Notes: generated by a model not told the origin, from the sequence alone. 64,000 bases of DNA from Acidimicrobiales bacterium (GCA_036493595.1 DASXPN010000008.1:12041-76040), one strand, 5' to 3'. Counted from the first letter of the stretch, positions 45,653-55,275 are shown. Made by a program: numbers and translations.

Positions 45653-47458
45653 TCATTTGCCCGAACCCCATTCTCGTGCCACTCCCGCGACGACCTCGGC
45701 GAGATGCGCCACCTGTGCTCGCAACTGGTCGACCTCGTCCTGCAGCTCCCGGTTGCGCTCGGACAGCTCGCGCACGTGTGCCTGCTGTCCGCTCAATGCC
45801 CGCGGCCAGCGCGCCAGTACAGGATCGACGAGGGAGCGGAATGTCTCCTGGCATGCGGCGAAGTACGGGCCGTTGGTCGACGGATCGGCATCGACGGTGG
45901 CGAGCACCTCGGGGACGGCGACCATCGCGCCCCCGCGCGCCGCGAGACGAAGTAGCAGCTCCGCGTCGACGTCGACGTCCGCCAGATCCGGTCGTGGTCC
46001 GCCGAGCTCGGCGACGACCGACGAGCGCCACAGGGTTCCTGGTCCCCCGAGCAGCGGCGCGAAGAACGTCGCGTCGAAGCCGCTCCCCAAGTAGTAGCGA
46101 TCACCGCTCGGGAACCTGACCGCGCAACTGACTGCGTCGGCACCCGTGCGGCGGGCGACGTCCGCCATGACCGCAGCATGGCGAGGATCCAGGGTGACGC
46201 GGCGTGAAAGAACGACCATCTCGTCGTGTCCAGCGTCGCCTTGCTCCCCTCCTGCGGGCGCGCTCGAGATCGGCTGGGCACTCAGCAGCCGCTCCCAGTC
46301 CGCCATCGGATCGCCGGCGTCGCGACGGAGACGTGGTGGATCCGGCAGTCGCCGTTCGTGCAGCAGCGGCCGCAGGCGCAGCGCAAGAGCCGCGGCAGTT
46401 GGCTCGAACCCGATGCGTTCGAGGTCGTCGGCGCGCACCCAGTCAGCCACGCCGGGTGCGTTGGACACGAGTGCGGGGATGCCATGGTCGATGCACTCGG
46501 ACACCGTGTTCGGCGCGTTGTCCATGAGCGACGCGATGATCGCGAGGCGTCCACCGCCGACCAGGTAGCCGACCGCCTCGGGCTGGTCGAGGTCGGTGAG
46601 GAAGCAGACATCGTCGAGCGCAGCACGGATGCGAGGCGCGAGCCGTGACGAGATCGACGTCTGGTTGTAGGTCGACGGCCGGCCCAGGAAGGTGAGACGA
46701 ACGCCCCCCAGGCAGTCCGGACCGAGCAGGTCGAGCGCATCCAGCAGCACCCCGACGCCCTTCGTCTCGTCCAACCGCCCGAAGAACACCAACTCATCGA
46801 GTGTGTCCGGCGTCGTGGTAGGGGTCGCCGGGATCGTCGAGGACGGAGTCGGTGTCGTCGTGAGCTGACTCGCGGTGATGCGGGGTAGCCGGTGGACCGG
46901 TGGCAGACGCCAACCGGCATTCGCCATCCAGTCGACGAGCGCGCCGCCCGAGGTGACGATCGCGTCCGCCATCTCCGCGGAGGCCCGCTCCGCAGCACCG
47001 ACTGCCATCCACGCGCCCGTCGGCGCGTGATCGTGTCGAGTGGCGTGCACCCACTCGATCGGCCCGTGGGCCGAGTGCACGAGCAGCGTGTCCGCATACG
47101 CGAGCCCGGCGCGCTTCGCGGCCGTGACCGCCCAGCCAGGCGCCTGATAGTCCTGCAAGACGATGGCGTCGTAGCGCGGTCCCGTGCGTAGTGCGTCATG
47201 CACGAGAGCACCGGCCGCGAGGACGCGCGGGAGGACTTCGACGGGGTCGTCGCGGTCGAGCCACCGGATCTCGACGCCGGCCTCTGCGTACCGCCTCGTC
47301 CAGACGGGGTCGATCTCGGTGCGGTTCGCGAACAGCAGCACGGTGACGTCGTGGCCCCACGACGCGAGTGCGAGCGAACGCCACGTGGTCGTGGTGCCGA
47401 TGCCGCCACACTTGTTCTGGCCGAGCAGTTCGTTGACGACGAAGCAGACCCGGCTCAC
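45653..47458 (-). CDS. large multidomain glycosyltransferase (GT-B/GT4-like N-terminal part, extra C-terminal domain, terminal coiled coil)
   Basis: 601 aa with a GTG start. VCFVVNELLGQNKCGGIGT is a GT4-like N-terminus, and FFGRLDETKGVGVLLDAL...ASLMDNAPNTVSECIDHGIPALVS is a GT-B C-lobe. The C-terminal RELSERNRELQDEVDQLRAQVAHL is heptad-like. Confidence 0.7.
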   Translation of the reverse strand: MSRVCFVVNELLGQNKCGGIGTTTTWRSLALASWGHDVTVLLFANRTEIDPVWTRRYAEAGVEIRWLDRDDPVEVLPRVLAAGALVHDALRTGPRYDAIVLQDYQAPGWAVTAAKRAGLAYADTLLVHSAHGPIEWVHATRHDHAPTGAWMAVGAAERASAEMADAIVTSGGALVDWMANAGWRLPPVHRLPRITASQLTTTPTPSSTIPATPTTTPDTLDELVFFGRLDETKGVGVLLDALDLLGPDCLGGVRLTFLGRPSTYNQTSISSRLAPRIRAALDDVCFLTDLDQPEAVGYLVGGGRLAIIASLMDNAPNTVSECIDHGIPALVSNAPGVADWVRADDLERIGFEPTAAALALRLRPLLHERRLPDPPRLRRDAGDPMADWERLLSAQPISSAPAGGEQGDAGHDEMVVLSRRVTLDPRHAAVMADVARRTGADAVSCAVRFPSGDRYYLGSGFDATFFAPLLGGPGTLWRSSVVAELGGPRPDLADVDVDAELLLRLAARGGAMVAVPEVLATVDADPSTNGPYFAACQETFRSLVDPVLARWPRALSGQQAHVRELSERNRELQDEVDQLRAQVAHLAEVVAGVAREWGSGK

Positions 47459-47467
47459 CGCCGCACG

Positions 47468-47713
47468 CTAATCAGGGGCCGCGACGGGAGGACGTCCGCT
47501 CCGGAAGCTCGTCCAGGCCACCGACGGTGTGCGTCGCCAGCCGATCGTCTTGATCGAGGACGCGAACACGGAGCCGGCGACGAACAGTCCGACGATTCCG
47601 AGCGTGATCTCGAACGCCCACGCCGCCGCGAGCGCGTCGCCGCTCAGCCCGAGGAGGATGCCGTAGGGCACCCACGACAGGAGCCACAACACAACGCCTA
47701 CGCGGAGCCGCAC
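47468..47713 (-). CDS. small two-helix membrane protein
   Basis: 81 aa with a GTG start: MRLRVGVVLWLLSWVPYGILLGL...ITLGIVGLFVAGSVFASS. It ends 9 nt before the glycosyltransferase start. Confidence 0.55.
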   Translation of the reverse strand: MRLRVGVVLWLLSWVPYGILLGLSGDALAAAWAFEITLGIVGLFVAGSVFASSIKTIGWRRTPSVAWTSFRSGRPPVAAPD

Positions 47714-47733
47714 GACTCACGCGTCCCGGCACG

Positions 47734-47840
47734 GTTCTGGGTCGACTGAGCCTCCGCTCCCGTGGGTTCGTCGACCCAGATCCCGATACGTCCGCTTCTG
47801 GGTCGACGCAGCCTCGGCCAGACGTGGCTGAGTCGACAAT
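47734..47840. repeat. array of four GTCGAC-centred boxes forming overlapping inverted and direct repeats
   Basis: GTCGAC occurs at 47741, 47770, 47802 and 47832, with spacings of 29, 32 and 30 bp. Exact 11-mers: TCTGGGTCGAC at 47736 and 47797, and the reverse complement GTCGACCCAGA at 47770. The 12-mer pair 47802..47813 / 47826..47837 has one mismatch. Confidence 0.85.
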
Positions 47841-47874
47841 GTGCGCCGGGGGGCGGCGCGGACGGGGGCGGCGC

Positions 47875-47900
47875 GGGCTGAGTGGGCTGAGTGGGCGGGT
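47875..47900. repeat. short tandem repeat GGGCTGAGT x2 plus a partial unit
   Basis: gggctgagt gggctgagt gggcgggt. GGCTGAGT also occurs in box 4 of the adjacent array (47826..47833). Confidence 0.8.
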
Positions 47901-47906
47901 ACGGCA

Positions 47907-50123
47907 TCAGGCGCCTTTGCCGGGGACCACGCGATATGCGTCGTAGACCGACTCGATGCGCTTCACCGTCGACAGGACCGAGTCGAGGTGCGACGGGTCG
48001 CCGAGCTCGAAGTCGAAACGCATCTTCGAGATGCGGTCGCTGCCGGTCGTCGACTGCGAGGCGAGGATGTTGACGTGGTGATCCGACAGCACACGGGCCA
48101 CATCCGACAGAAGCCGAGCCCGGTCGAGGGCCTTGATCTCGATCGAGGCCACGAACGTGCCGCTGATGTCGGAGTCCCACTCGACCTCGATCAGCCGCTC
48201 TCCCTTGCCCGACGCGAGCGACACCGCGTTCGCACAGTCGGAACGGTGCACGGACACCCCTCGGCCGCGGGTGACGAAACCCATGATCTCGTCGCCCGGC
48301 ACCGGCGTGCAGCAGCGCGACAACCGGACCATGACGTCGTCGAGGCCTTCGACGTGCACGCCGGCGGCAGAGTTGTCGCGACGCGCTCGAGGCTGGCGAA
48401 CCGTCGTCGGCAGCTGCTCTTCGTGATCCCCGTCGCCTTCGCGTAGTGCGCCGGCGACGCGTGACGCGACCGACTTCGCCGAGACGTGGTTCTCCCCGAT
48501 CGACGCGTAGAGCGCGTCGAGGTCCGCGTAGTTGAGCTTCGACGCGATCTCGCTCAGCAACGATGTCGCGAAGATCTTCTGGACCGGCAGACCCTCACGG
48601 CGAAGCGCCTTCGTGAGATCTTCACGCCCGCTCTCGATTGCGTCCTCACGCCGCTCGCGCGAGAACCATTGCCGGATCTTGTTGGCCGCGCGCGGGGTGG
48701 CGACGATCCTCAACCAGTCGCGCGGCGGACCGGCGCCCTCCACCTTCGACGTGATGATCTCCGCCGTGTCACCTGACGCAAGCTGGGAGTCGAGCGGGAC
48801 GAGGCGACCGTTGACCCGCGCGCCGATGCAGGCGTGGCCGACCTCGGTGTGGATCGAGTACGCGAAGTCGATCGGCGTCGCGCCCACCGGCAACGTGATG
48901 ACTCGTCCCTTCGGCGTGAAGACGTAGACCTCGTCCTGGTCGAGGTCGATCTTCAACGTCTCCATGAACGCGCTCGGGTCTTGTGTCTCCTGCTGCCAAT
49001 CGATGATGCGACTGAGCCACGGCATGTCGGAGGCGGACTCGCCGTCCTTGTAAGTGAAGTGCGCGGCCACACCGAACTCGGCCCGGTGGTGCATCTCGCG
49101 CGTACGGATCTGGACTTCGACCGTCTTGCCACCCATGCCGACCACCGTCGTGTGCAACGACTGGTACAGGTTGAACTTGGGCATCGCGATGTAGTCCTTG
49201 AAACGCCCTTGCACCGGCTTCCACGTGGCGTGGATCGAGCCGAGGGCCGCGTAGCAGTCCTTGACCGTGTCGACGATCACGCGGATGCCGACGAGGTCGA
49301 AGATGTCGTCGAACTCCTTGCCCTTGACGACCATCTTCTCGTAGATGCTCCACAGGTGCTTCGGGCGCCCGGTCACCTCGGCGGCGATGCGCAGCTCGGC
49401 CAACCGCTCACGCACCTGCTCGAGCACCTGGGCGAGGTAGAGCTCGCGCTCGGGCGTGCGATTCGACACCATGTGGTCGATCTCGGCGTAGCGCTTGGGA
49501 TGCAGTGCCGCGAACGCGAGGTCTTCGAGCTGCTGTTTCATGTCCTGCATGCCGAGGCGATGGGCGAGCGGCGCGTAGATGTCGATGGTCTCGCGCGCGA
49601 TGCGCTCCTGCTTGCTGGCCGGGAGCGCGGCCAGGGTGGCCATGTTGTGCAAGCGGTCGGACAGCTTGATGATGAGGACGCGGACGTCCTTCGCCATCGC
49701 CACCAGCATCTTGCGCATGGTGGCGGCCTGCTGCGCCTCCTTCGAGTCGAACTGGACCCGTTCGAGCTTGGTGACGCCGTCGACGATGCCGGCGACGTCA
49801 GGGCCGAACTCGGCGGTGACGTCCTGCAAGGTGACGTGGGTGTCCTCGACCGCGTCATGTAGCAGCGCCGCGGCCACCGTGATGTCGTCGAGGCCGAGGT
49901 CGGCGACGATGCGCGCGACTGCCAGCGGGTGATGGATGTAGGACTCGCCCGACCGCCGCACCTGCTGTCGGTGCGCGTTCGCCGCCACCTCGTACGCACG
50001 AGAGATCATCACCGTGCTGGCCTTCGGATGCTGCGCCCGGAACGCGCTCACGAGCGGCGCGATCTCCTCCGCGGTCGGCACGATGTTGCGCCGCCACGGC
50101 AGAACCCGGGTGACAGTGGCCAT
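47907..50123 (-). CDS. relA: bifunctional (p)ppGpp synthetase/hydrolase (long RSH)
   Basis: 738 aa. HD hydrolase domain (HPLAVA...HDAVEDT), synthetase domain (DLVGIRVIV...YQSLHTTV), and TGS and ACT-like C-terminal domains. Confidence 0.95.
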   Translation of the reverse strand: MATVTRVLPWRRNIVPTAEEIAPLVSAFRAQHPKASTVMISRAYEVAANAHRQQVRRSGESYIHHPLAVARIVADLGLDDITVAAALLHDAVEDTHVTLQDVTAEFGPDVAGIVDGVTKLERVQFDSKEAQQAATMRKMLVAMAKDVRVLIIKLSDRLHNMATLAALPASKQERIARETIDIYAPLAHRLGMQDMKQQLEDLAFAALHPKRYAEIDHMVSNRTPERELYLAQVLEQVRERLAELRIAAEVTGRPKHLWSIYEKMVVKGKEFDDIFDLVGIRVIVDTVKDCYAALGSIHATWKPVQGRFKDYIAMPKFNLYQSLHTTVVGMGGKTVEVQIRTREMHHRAEFGVAAHFTYKDGESASDMPWLSRIIDWQQETQDPSAFMETLKIDLDQDEVYVFTPKGRVITLPVGATPIDFAYSIHTEVGHACIGARVNGRLVPLDSQLASGDTAEIITSKVEGAGPPRDWLRIVATPRAANKIRQWFSRERREDAIESGREDLTKALRREGLPVQKIFATSLLSEIASKLNYADLDALYASIGENHVSAKSVASRVAGALREGDGDHEEQLPTTVRQPRARRDNSAAGVHVEGLDDVMVRLSRCCTPVPGDEIMGFVTRGRGVSVHRSDCANAVSLASGKGERLIEVEWDSDISGTFVASIEIKALDRARLLSDVARVLSDHHVNILASQSTTGSDRISKMRFDFELGDPSHLDSVLSTVKRIESVYDAYRVVPGKGA

Positions 50124-50177
50124 GTCCGGTCGAGTCTACGGGCACGCGCTCAGCGCACCCGGTAGCGACCTACGGCG

Positions 50178-50699
50178 TCAACACGGGATGAGGGTGAACA
50201 CGTCCAGATCGGCGAGCCGCTTGCGTCCGCCGAGCGCGTCGATGGCGAGCACGAACGCCAGCCCTTCGACCGTGCCCCCGAGCTTCTCGGCCAACCGCAC
50301 GGTCGCGGCTGCCGTCCCGCCGGTGGCGAGCACGTCGTCGACGATCAAGACGTGGTCGCCGGGATTGATCGCATCGCGATGGATCTCGAGCAGGTCCGTT
50401 CCGTACTCGAGCTCGTACTCCACGCGCTCGATCTCCCACGGGAGTTTGCCCGCCTTGCGGACCGGCACGAACGCGGCACCGAAGCGGTACGCCACCGGTG
50501 CGGCAGCGATGAAGCCACGCGCCTCGATGCCGAGCACACGGTCGACGGGCCGTCCTTCGAAGTGCTCGCAGATCGCGTCGATAGTGGTGCGGAACGCGTC
50601 GACGTCCGCCAGCAGCGGCGTGATGTCCTTGAAGGCGACCCCGGGTTGGGGGAAGTCGGGGATGTCGCGGATGTAGGTGCGAAGGTCCTCGACCTTCAC
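50178..50699 (-). CDS. apt: adenine phosphoribosyltransferase
   Basis: 173 aa. Contains IRDIPDFPQPGVAFKDITPLL and the PRPP motif VLIVDDVLATGGTA. Confidence 0.93.
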   Translation of the reverse strand: MKVEDLRTYIRDIPDFPQPGVAFKDITPLLADVDAFRTTIDAICEHFEGRPVDRVLGIEARGFIAAAPVAYRFGAAFVPVRKAGKLPWEIERVEYELEYGTDLLEIHRDAINPGDHVLIVDDVLATGGTAAATVRLAEKLGGTVEGLAFVLAIDALGGRKRLADLDVFTLIPC

Positions 50700-50717
50700 C
50701 CGATCACCACGATCCCG

Positions 50718-51935
50718 TCATCGGCGCTTGCCCTTCTTGCGAGGCCGGGGCGGGATGTTGGTCGCCATCCGCACACCACCGGTGGCCGACGCGGCCGGCA
50801 CTCGCAATGGTTCCCGTGCCGGCTGACCGTCACCATCGCCCTCACCTTCGCCGTCGCCGTTGCCGGCCCCGACGTCTGCGGCGTCGGTCGACTCGACCAG
50901 TTGGGCCTCTTCGGCGCGCCGTGATTGTGTGCGGGACTCGACCCGACGGCGGATGTCGCGGTAGCGCGGCTCGCGCTCCTTCAGGATGGCGAGCGTCGGT
51001 GAGGCGATGAAGATCGACGAGTAGGCGCCGGAGGCGAGACCGATGAGCAGCGCCAACCCGAACTCCTCCAGCGTCTTCGCGCCGAGGAGGATGGACCCGA
51101 TGCCGAGCAGCGACATGATCGGGATCAGTGCGGCGATCGACGTGTTCAACGATCGCATCAGTGTCTGGTTGAGCGACAGGTTGACCATGTCGCTGTACGT
51201 CACGCCGTTGGTGGCCGAGACCATGCGAGTGTTCTCGTTGACCTTGTCGAACACGACGATGCCGTCGTAGATCGAATAGCCGAGGATCGTCAGCAAGGCC
51301 ACAACCGTCGCGGGCGTGACCTCCAATCCACTCAACGAGTAGATGCCCACCGTCATGAACACGTCGTGAATCAGGGCGATGAGAGTCGGCACGGCCATCT
51401 TGAACTCGAACCGGAGCGTGATGTACAGCGTGATCACGATCAGGAACACGATCAGTGCGTTGCGCGCCTTGTTGCTGATCTCCTGACCCCAGGACGGGCC
51501 GACCTCGTCCCGGCTGACCTGGTCGGCCGTGATACCGGCCTTGGTCGCCAGCGCGTTACGGACCTGTTCCGACTTCGCGGGATCGAGCGTGTCGGTCTGC
51601 ACGTTGATGGACCGGCCGCTCTCGCTCGTGACCTCCTGCACCTTCGCGCCGCTCAACCCGAACGGACCGAGCGCATCGCGCGCCTGGTTGATCGTCATTG
51701 TCTTCGACGGGATCTGGAAGATCGCACCGCCTTCGAAGTCGATGCCGAGGTTGAGTCCCCGCGTGAACAGAGAGACCAACCCGATGATCAGGAAGATCGC
51801 CGACAGCGTGAACCACAACTTGGTGCGGCCGACGAAGTCGATTTTCGTCTCGCCGTGGTACAAGCGGCCGAGCCGTCCCCGCTTCTTCGCCGCGTGAAGC
51901 TCCGCGGCGCCGAAGGCGACGTCCTGCTTGCTCAC
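50718..51935 (-). CDS. secF: protein translocase subunit SecF
   Basis: Track ORF 50718..52412(-), trimmed to GTG 51935, forming a GTGA overlap with the secD stop. Contains IDFVGRTKLWF...GIDFEGG... and an acidic Gly/Asp/Glu-rich C-terminal tail. Confidence 0.88.
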   Translation of the reverse strand: MSKQDVAFGAAELHAAKKRGRLGRLYHGETKIDFVGRTKLWFTLSAIFLIIGLVSLFTRGLNLGIDFEGGAIFQIPSKTMTINQARDALGPFGLSGAKVQEVTSESGRSINVQTDTLDPAKSEQVRNALATKAGITADQVSRDEVGPSWGQEISNKARNALIVFLIVITLYITLRFEFKMAVPTLIALIHDVFMTVGIYSLSGLEVTPATVVALLTILGYSIYDGIVVFDKVNENTRMVSATNGVTYSDMVNLSLNQTLMRSLNTSIAALIPIMSLLGIGSILLGAKTLEEFGLALLIGLASGAYSSIFIASPTLAILKEREPRYRDIRRRVESRTQSRRAEEAQLVESTDAADVGAGNGDGEGEGDGDGQPAREPLRVPAASATGGVRMATNIPPRPRKKGKRR

Positions 51936-53764
51936 CGTCCGGCTCCCGCCGGCGCCACTTGCGGCTGCTCGGTCGGAACTCGCTCGAGGCCGAGCCCGGC
52001 CCGGATCCCGATCCAACGCGCGTTCATGATCCAGCGGTTGCGGGCGAGCAGCGCCACCATCGGACGCTTGAAGAAGTAGGCCGTCACGAGGTCGAGCAGG
52101 GTCGACAAGCCGAGGAAGAACGCGAAGCCTCGCACCGCACCCACGGTCAACCAGTACAGCAGGACGGCACCGATGAAGGAGGCGAGGTCGGCGGCGACGA
52201 TGGTGTGCCACGCCCGCTTGAAGCCGTAGTCGACCGCGGCGCGCACGGTCTTGCCCGTCTTCACCTCGTCCTTCATGCGTTCGAAGTACACGATGTACGA
52301 GTCGGTCGTGACGCCGACGGATACGACGATGCCGGTCACGCCGGACAAGCTCAACGCCAAGCCCGCGTTGCTGGACAGCCACACGATGATGCAGTAGTTG
52401 AGCGCGGCCCATACCGCGAGCCCGAGCACGACGACGATGCCGAGCGCGCGGTAGTAGAGGATCATGTAGAGCGCCACCAGCGCGAGACCGACGGCGCCGG
52501 CGACGAGGCCGGCATGGAGCGAGTCACGGCCGAGGGTCGCCGAAACCGTCTCGACGCGCTGCTGCTGCAGCTCGATCGGCAGGGCGCCGTAGTTGAGGAC
52601 CAGGGCAAGGTCGGATGCAGTCTTGTTGTTGAACGAGCCGCTGATCTCGACCTGCGTGCTGGTGAACGTCGGCGTCTGCGGTGCCGGGTTCGACTCGACA
52701 TTGCCGTCGAGCACGATGGCGGTGCTCCCGCCGGGGCACGTCGCGTCGTGGTTGTAGCAGCGGCCCGACAAGTCGTTGAAGCCTTGAAGGCCGGAATCCT
52801 TCAGCGTGAGCTCGACGACCCACGCACCCTGCGGGATGGCCGCTGATGCGCTCGACACCGCGGTGCCGCCCAAGCCGACCGGGCCGAGCACGGCACACGC
52901 GTCGACCTTGCCGTCCTTGTTCTGGTCGTCGGTCGCGACGATGCCCTGATCGTCGGGCGCGGTGCTGGCGCTGTCGCCCGCCTTCCCGCACGGCAGCGGG
53001 TTGACCGGGGCCGTGGTGCTCGGCGCACCCGGCGCCCCGGCGGCCGTCGTCGGCGGCGCGGGTACGGATCCGCCGGTCGTGTCAGCGGTCGCGGGCGCCG
53101 TCGTGTCGGTGCTCGCCGGCTGTTGCGCGGCGCTCAGATGTCCATGCGTCGCGGGCACACCGAGGCCGGACTGGCTCGTCGGCGGGATCGTCGGTGAGTT
53201 CTGCACCGTGGGCGACGGTGCCTCGGGGGTACCGAGGTCGGTGCTGACGTCGGGTGGGTTGAGGAGGTCGGTCGTCTGCGTCGGGTCGCCGGTGGACGGC
53301 GGCTCGGCGCTCGGACCGGTGGTGGTCGAAGAGGCGCCGTTCGGCGCGACGCAACTGCCGTACGTGCCGTTCGGATCGAGCGCCTCGTCGTAGGTGGGGT
53401 CGGGTTGTCCCGTCGGCAACGACCCGCAGTACGGACGGAACTGGAGCTTCGCGGTCTGGCCCACCACTTGGATCGCCCGGTCGCGGTCTTTCACTCCCGG
53501 CAACGAGACCACGATGAAGTTGCCCTGACGGTCGATCTCGGGTTCGGCCACGCCGAGACCGTCGACGCGACGGCGGATGATCGAGATGCTCTGATCGAGT
53601 TGCGCGTCGGTGGCCTTCTGCCTCGGTGCGAGGACGACGGACGTGCCGCCCTGCAGGTCGAGCCCGAGCTGTGGTGAGCGTCCGCCCAATGTGAGCGTGT
53701 ACGTCAGCCAGCCGACCGCGAGGACAACGATGATGACGAGGGAGAGGCTGCGGGTTCGGCGCAT
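51932..53764 (-). CDS. secD: protein translocase subunit SecD
   Basis: 610 aa. Contains LGLDLQGGTSVVL and the C-terminal RND-like TM bundle. A long Pro/Thr/Ser-rich insertion with six Cys sits in the periplasmic head. Confidence 0.9.
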   Translation of the reverse strand: MRRTRSLSLVIIVVLAVGWLTYTLTLGGRSPQLGLDLQGGTSVVLAPRQKATDAQLDQSISIIRRRVDGLGVAEPEIDRQGNFIVVSLPGVKDRDRAIQVVGQTAKLQFRPYCGSLPTGQPDPTYDEALDPNGTYGSCVAPNGASSTTTGPSAEPPSTGDPTQTTDLLNPPDVSTDLGTPEAPSPTVQNSPTIPPTSQSGLGVPATHGHLSAAQQPASTDTTAPATADTTGGSVPAPPTTAAGAPGAPSTTAPVNPLPCGKAGDSASTAPDDQGIVATDDQNKDGKVDACAVLGPVGLGGTAVSSASAAIPQGAWVVELTLKDSGLQGFNDLSGRCYNHDATCPGGSTAIVLDGNVESNPAPQTPTFTSTQVEISGSFNNKTASDLALVLNYGALPIELQQQRVETVSATLGRDSLHAGLVAGAVGLALVALYMILYYRALGIVVVLGLAVWAALNYCIIVWLSSNAGLALSLSGVTGIVVSVGVTTDSYIVYFERMKDEVKTGKTVRAAVDYGFKRAWHTIVAADLASFIGAVLLYWLTVGAVRGFAFFLGLSTLLDLVTAYFFKRPMVALLARNRWIMNARWIGIRAGLGLERVPTEQPQVAPAGAGR

Positions 53765-54135
53765 TACTCGTCGGTCGTGGAAGCAGCCGGCGTGTCGGCA
53801 GTCTCGACGCCGGCGTCGACGACGACGTCAGTGCCGTCGGCGAGGTCGGGTTCGTCGATCGCTGCTGGCGTCTCGTCCACCGGGACGGGACCCATCCGCC
53901 GGGCGATGGCACCCTTGACCACCCGCAACTCGATCCCGGGCGCGACCTCGAGGTTGAGGATCTCGTCGTCGATCGAATTGATGGTGCCGAGGATGCCAGA
54001 GGTGGTCATCACCTCGTCACCCTCGTGCAAGGTCGTCACCAGGGATCGGTGCGCGCGAACCCGCCGCTGCTGCGGAAGGATCACCACCACCCAGGCGATG
54101 AGGAGCATGACTACGAGGAAGATGACGCCACCCAT
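53764..54135 (-). CDS. yajC: preprotein translocase subunit YajC
   Basis: 123 aa. N-terminal TM helix, then LHEGDEVMTTSGILGTI. TAATG junction with secD. Confidence 0.85.
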   Translation of the reverse strand: MGGVIFLVVMLLIAWVVVILPQQRRVRAHRSLVTTLHEGDEVMTTSGILGTINSIDDEILNLEVAPGIELRVVKGAIARRMGPVPVDETPAAIDEPDLADGTDVVVDAGVETADTPAASTTDE

Positions 54136-54174
54136 GGCGCGACAACCGTAGCCGCCCGCCGGAGCCTCCTCGCC

Positions 54175-55275
54175 TCACCCCCAAACTGTGGCGATGGCCT
54201 GCCGGAACGCGTCAAACCGCTGTTCCCGGATGGCGACCCGCATCCGCTCGACGAGCCGTAGGGTCCAGGCGACGTTGTGGACGGTGAGCAGCCGCGGACC
54301 GGTCGGCTCCCGCACCGACAGCAGGTGGCGCAGGTAGGCACGGGACCAGCGCCGGCACACGCGGCATGAGCACTCGGGGTCGAGCGGCTGGTCGTCGGCC
54401 GTGTGCTTCGCGTTGCGGAGGTTGAGCCGGCCGGCATCGGTCAGCACCGTGCCGTGACGGCCGTGCCGGGTCGGCAGCACGCAGTCGAACAGGTCGACGC
54501 CGGCGGCGACCGCCTCCACCAGCCCGGCAGGATCGCCGACCCCCATGAGATATCTGACGCGATCGCGCGGCAGCACCGCGGTCGCAGCGCGCAACGCGGG
54601 CACCATCTCGTCGCGCCGCTCCCCCACGGACAACCCACCAATGGCATAACCGTCGAAGCCGATGTCGACGGTGCGCGCCGCGCTCTCGACTCGCAACTCT
54701 GCGTCGACCCCGCCTTGCACGATGCCGAACAGCGACTGGTCGTCGCGACGATGCGCGGTCTTGGCCCTCGCCGCCCACGCCGCGGTCCGTTCGACCGCGG
54801 TGCGAACTGCGTCCGGTGGTGACGGAAGCGGCGCGCAGACGTCGAGCACCATCTGGATGTCCGCTCCGAGCTGTTCCTGGATCCGCACCGCTGACTCGGG
54901 CGAGAGGCGATGCGTGCTGCCGTCGTAGGTCGAACGAAACGTCGCGCCGTCGTCGTCGACCTTCGGCCGCAACGAGAACACCTGGAAGCCGCCCGAGTCG
55001 GTGAGCATCGCTCCGGACCAGCCCGTGAACCGATGCAGCCCGCCGACGTCACGAACCACGTCAGCACCTGGCTTCAACATCAGGTGGTAGGTGTTGGCAA
55101 GCAGGATCTCGACATCGAGATCGCGCAGATCGTCGGCATCGAGACCACGGATCGCACCGCGGGTTCCGACCGGCATGAAGCAGGGTGTGTTGATGACATG
55201 GCCATTCGGCAAGCACGCCCGCCCGGTGCGCGCGTCACCGTCGGTGGCGTCGATCGTGATGTCGACCGGCTTCAT
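54175..55275 (-). CDS. tgt: queuine tRNA-ribosyltransferase
   Basis: Track ORF 54175..55323(-), trimmed to ATG 55275. Contains TPCFMPVGT, LTDSGGFQV and the zinc site CSCRVC...H. Confidence 0.92.
   Translation of the reverse strand: MKPVDITIDATDGDARTGRACLPNGHVINTPCFMPVGTRGAIRGLDADDLRDLDVEILLANTYHLMLKPGADVVRDVGGLHRFTGWSGAMLTDSGGFQVFSLRPKVDDDGATFRSTYDGSTHRLSPESAVRIQEQLGADIQMVLDVCAPLPSPPDAVRTAVERTAAWAARAKTAHRRDDQSLFGIVQGGVDAELRVESAARTVDIGFDGYAIGGLSVGERRDEMVPALRAATAVLPRDRVRYLMGVGDPAGLVEAVAAGVDLFDCVLPTRHGRHGTVLTDAGRLNLRNAKHTADDQPLDPECSCRVCRRWSRAYLRHLLSVREPTGPRLLTVHNVAWTLRLVERMRVAIREQRFDAFRQAIATVWG

Noticed and set aside
47698-48180. Track ORF 47698..48180(-), 160 aa, spanning the relA 3' end and the repeat array.
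   Set aside because: It overlaps relA out of frame, its translation is Arg/Pro-rich, and its reading frame merely runs through the GTCGAC boxes. I treat it as non-coding.
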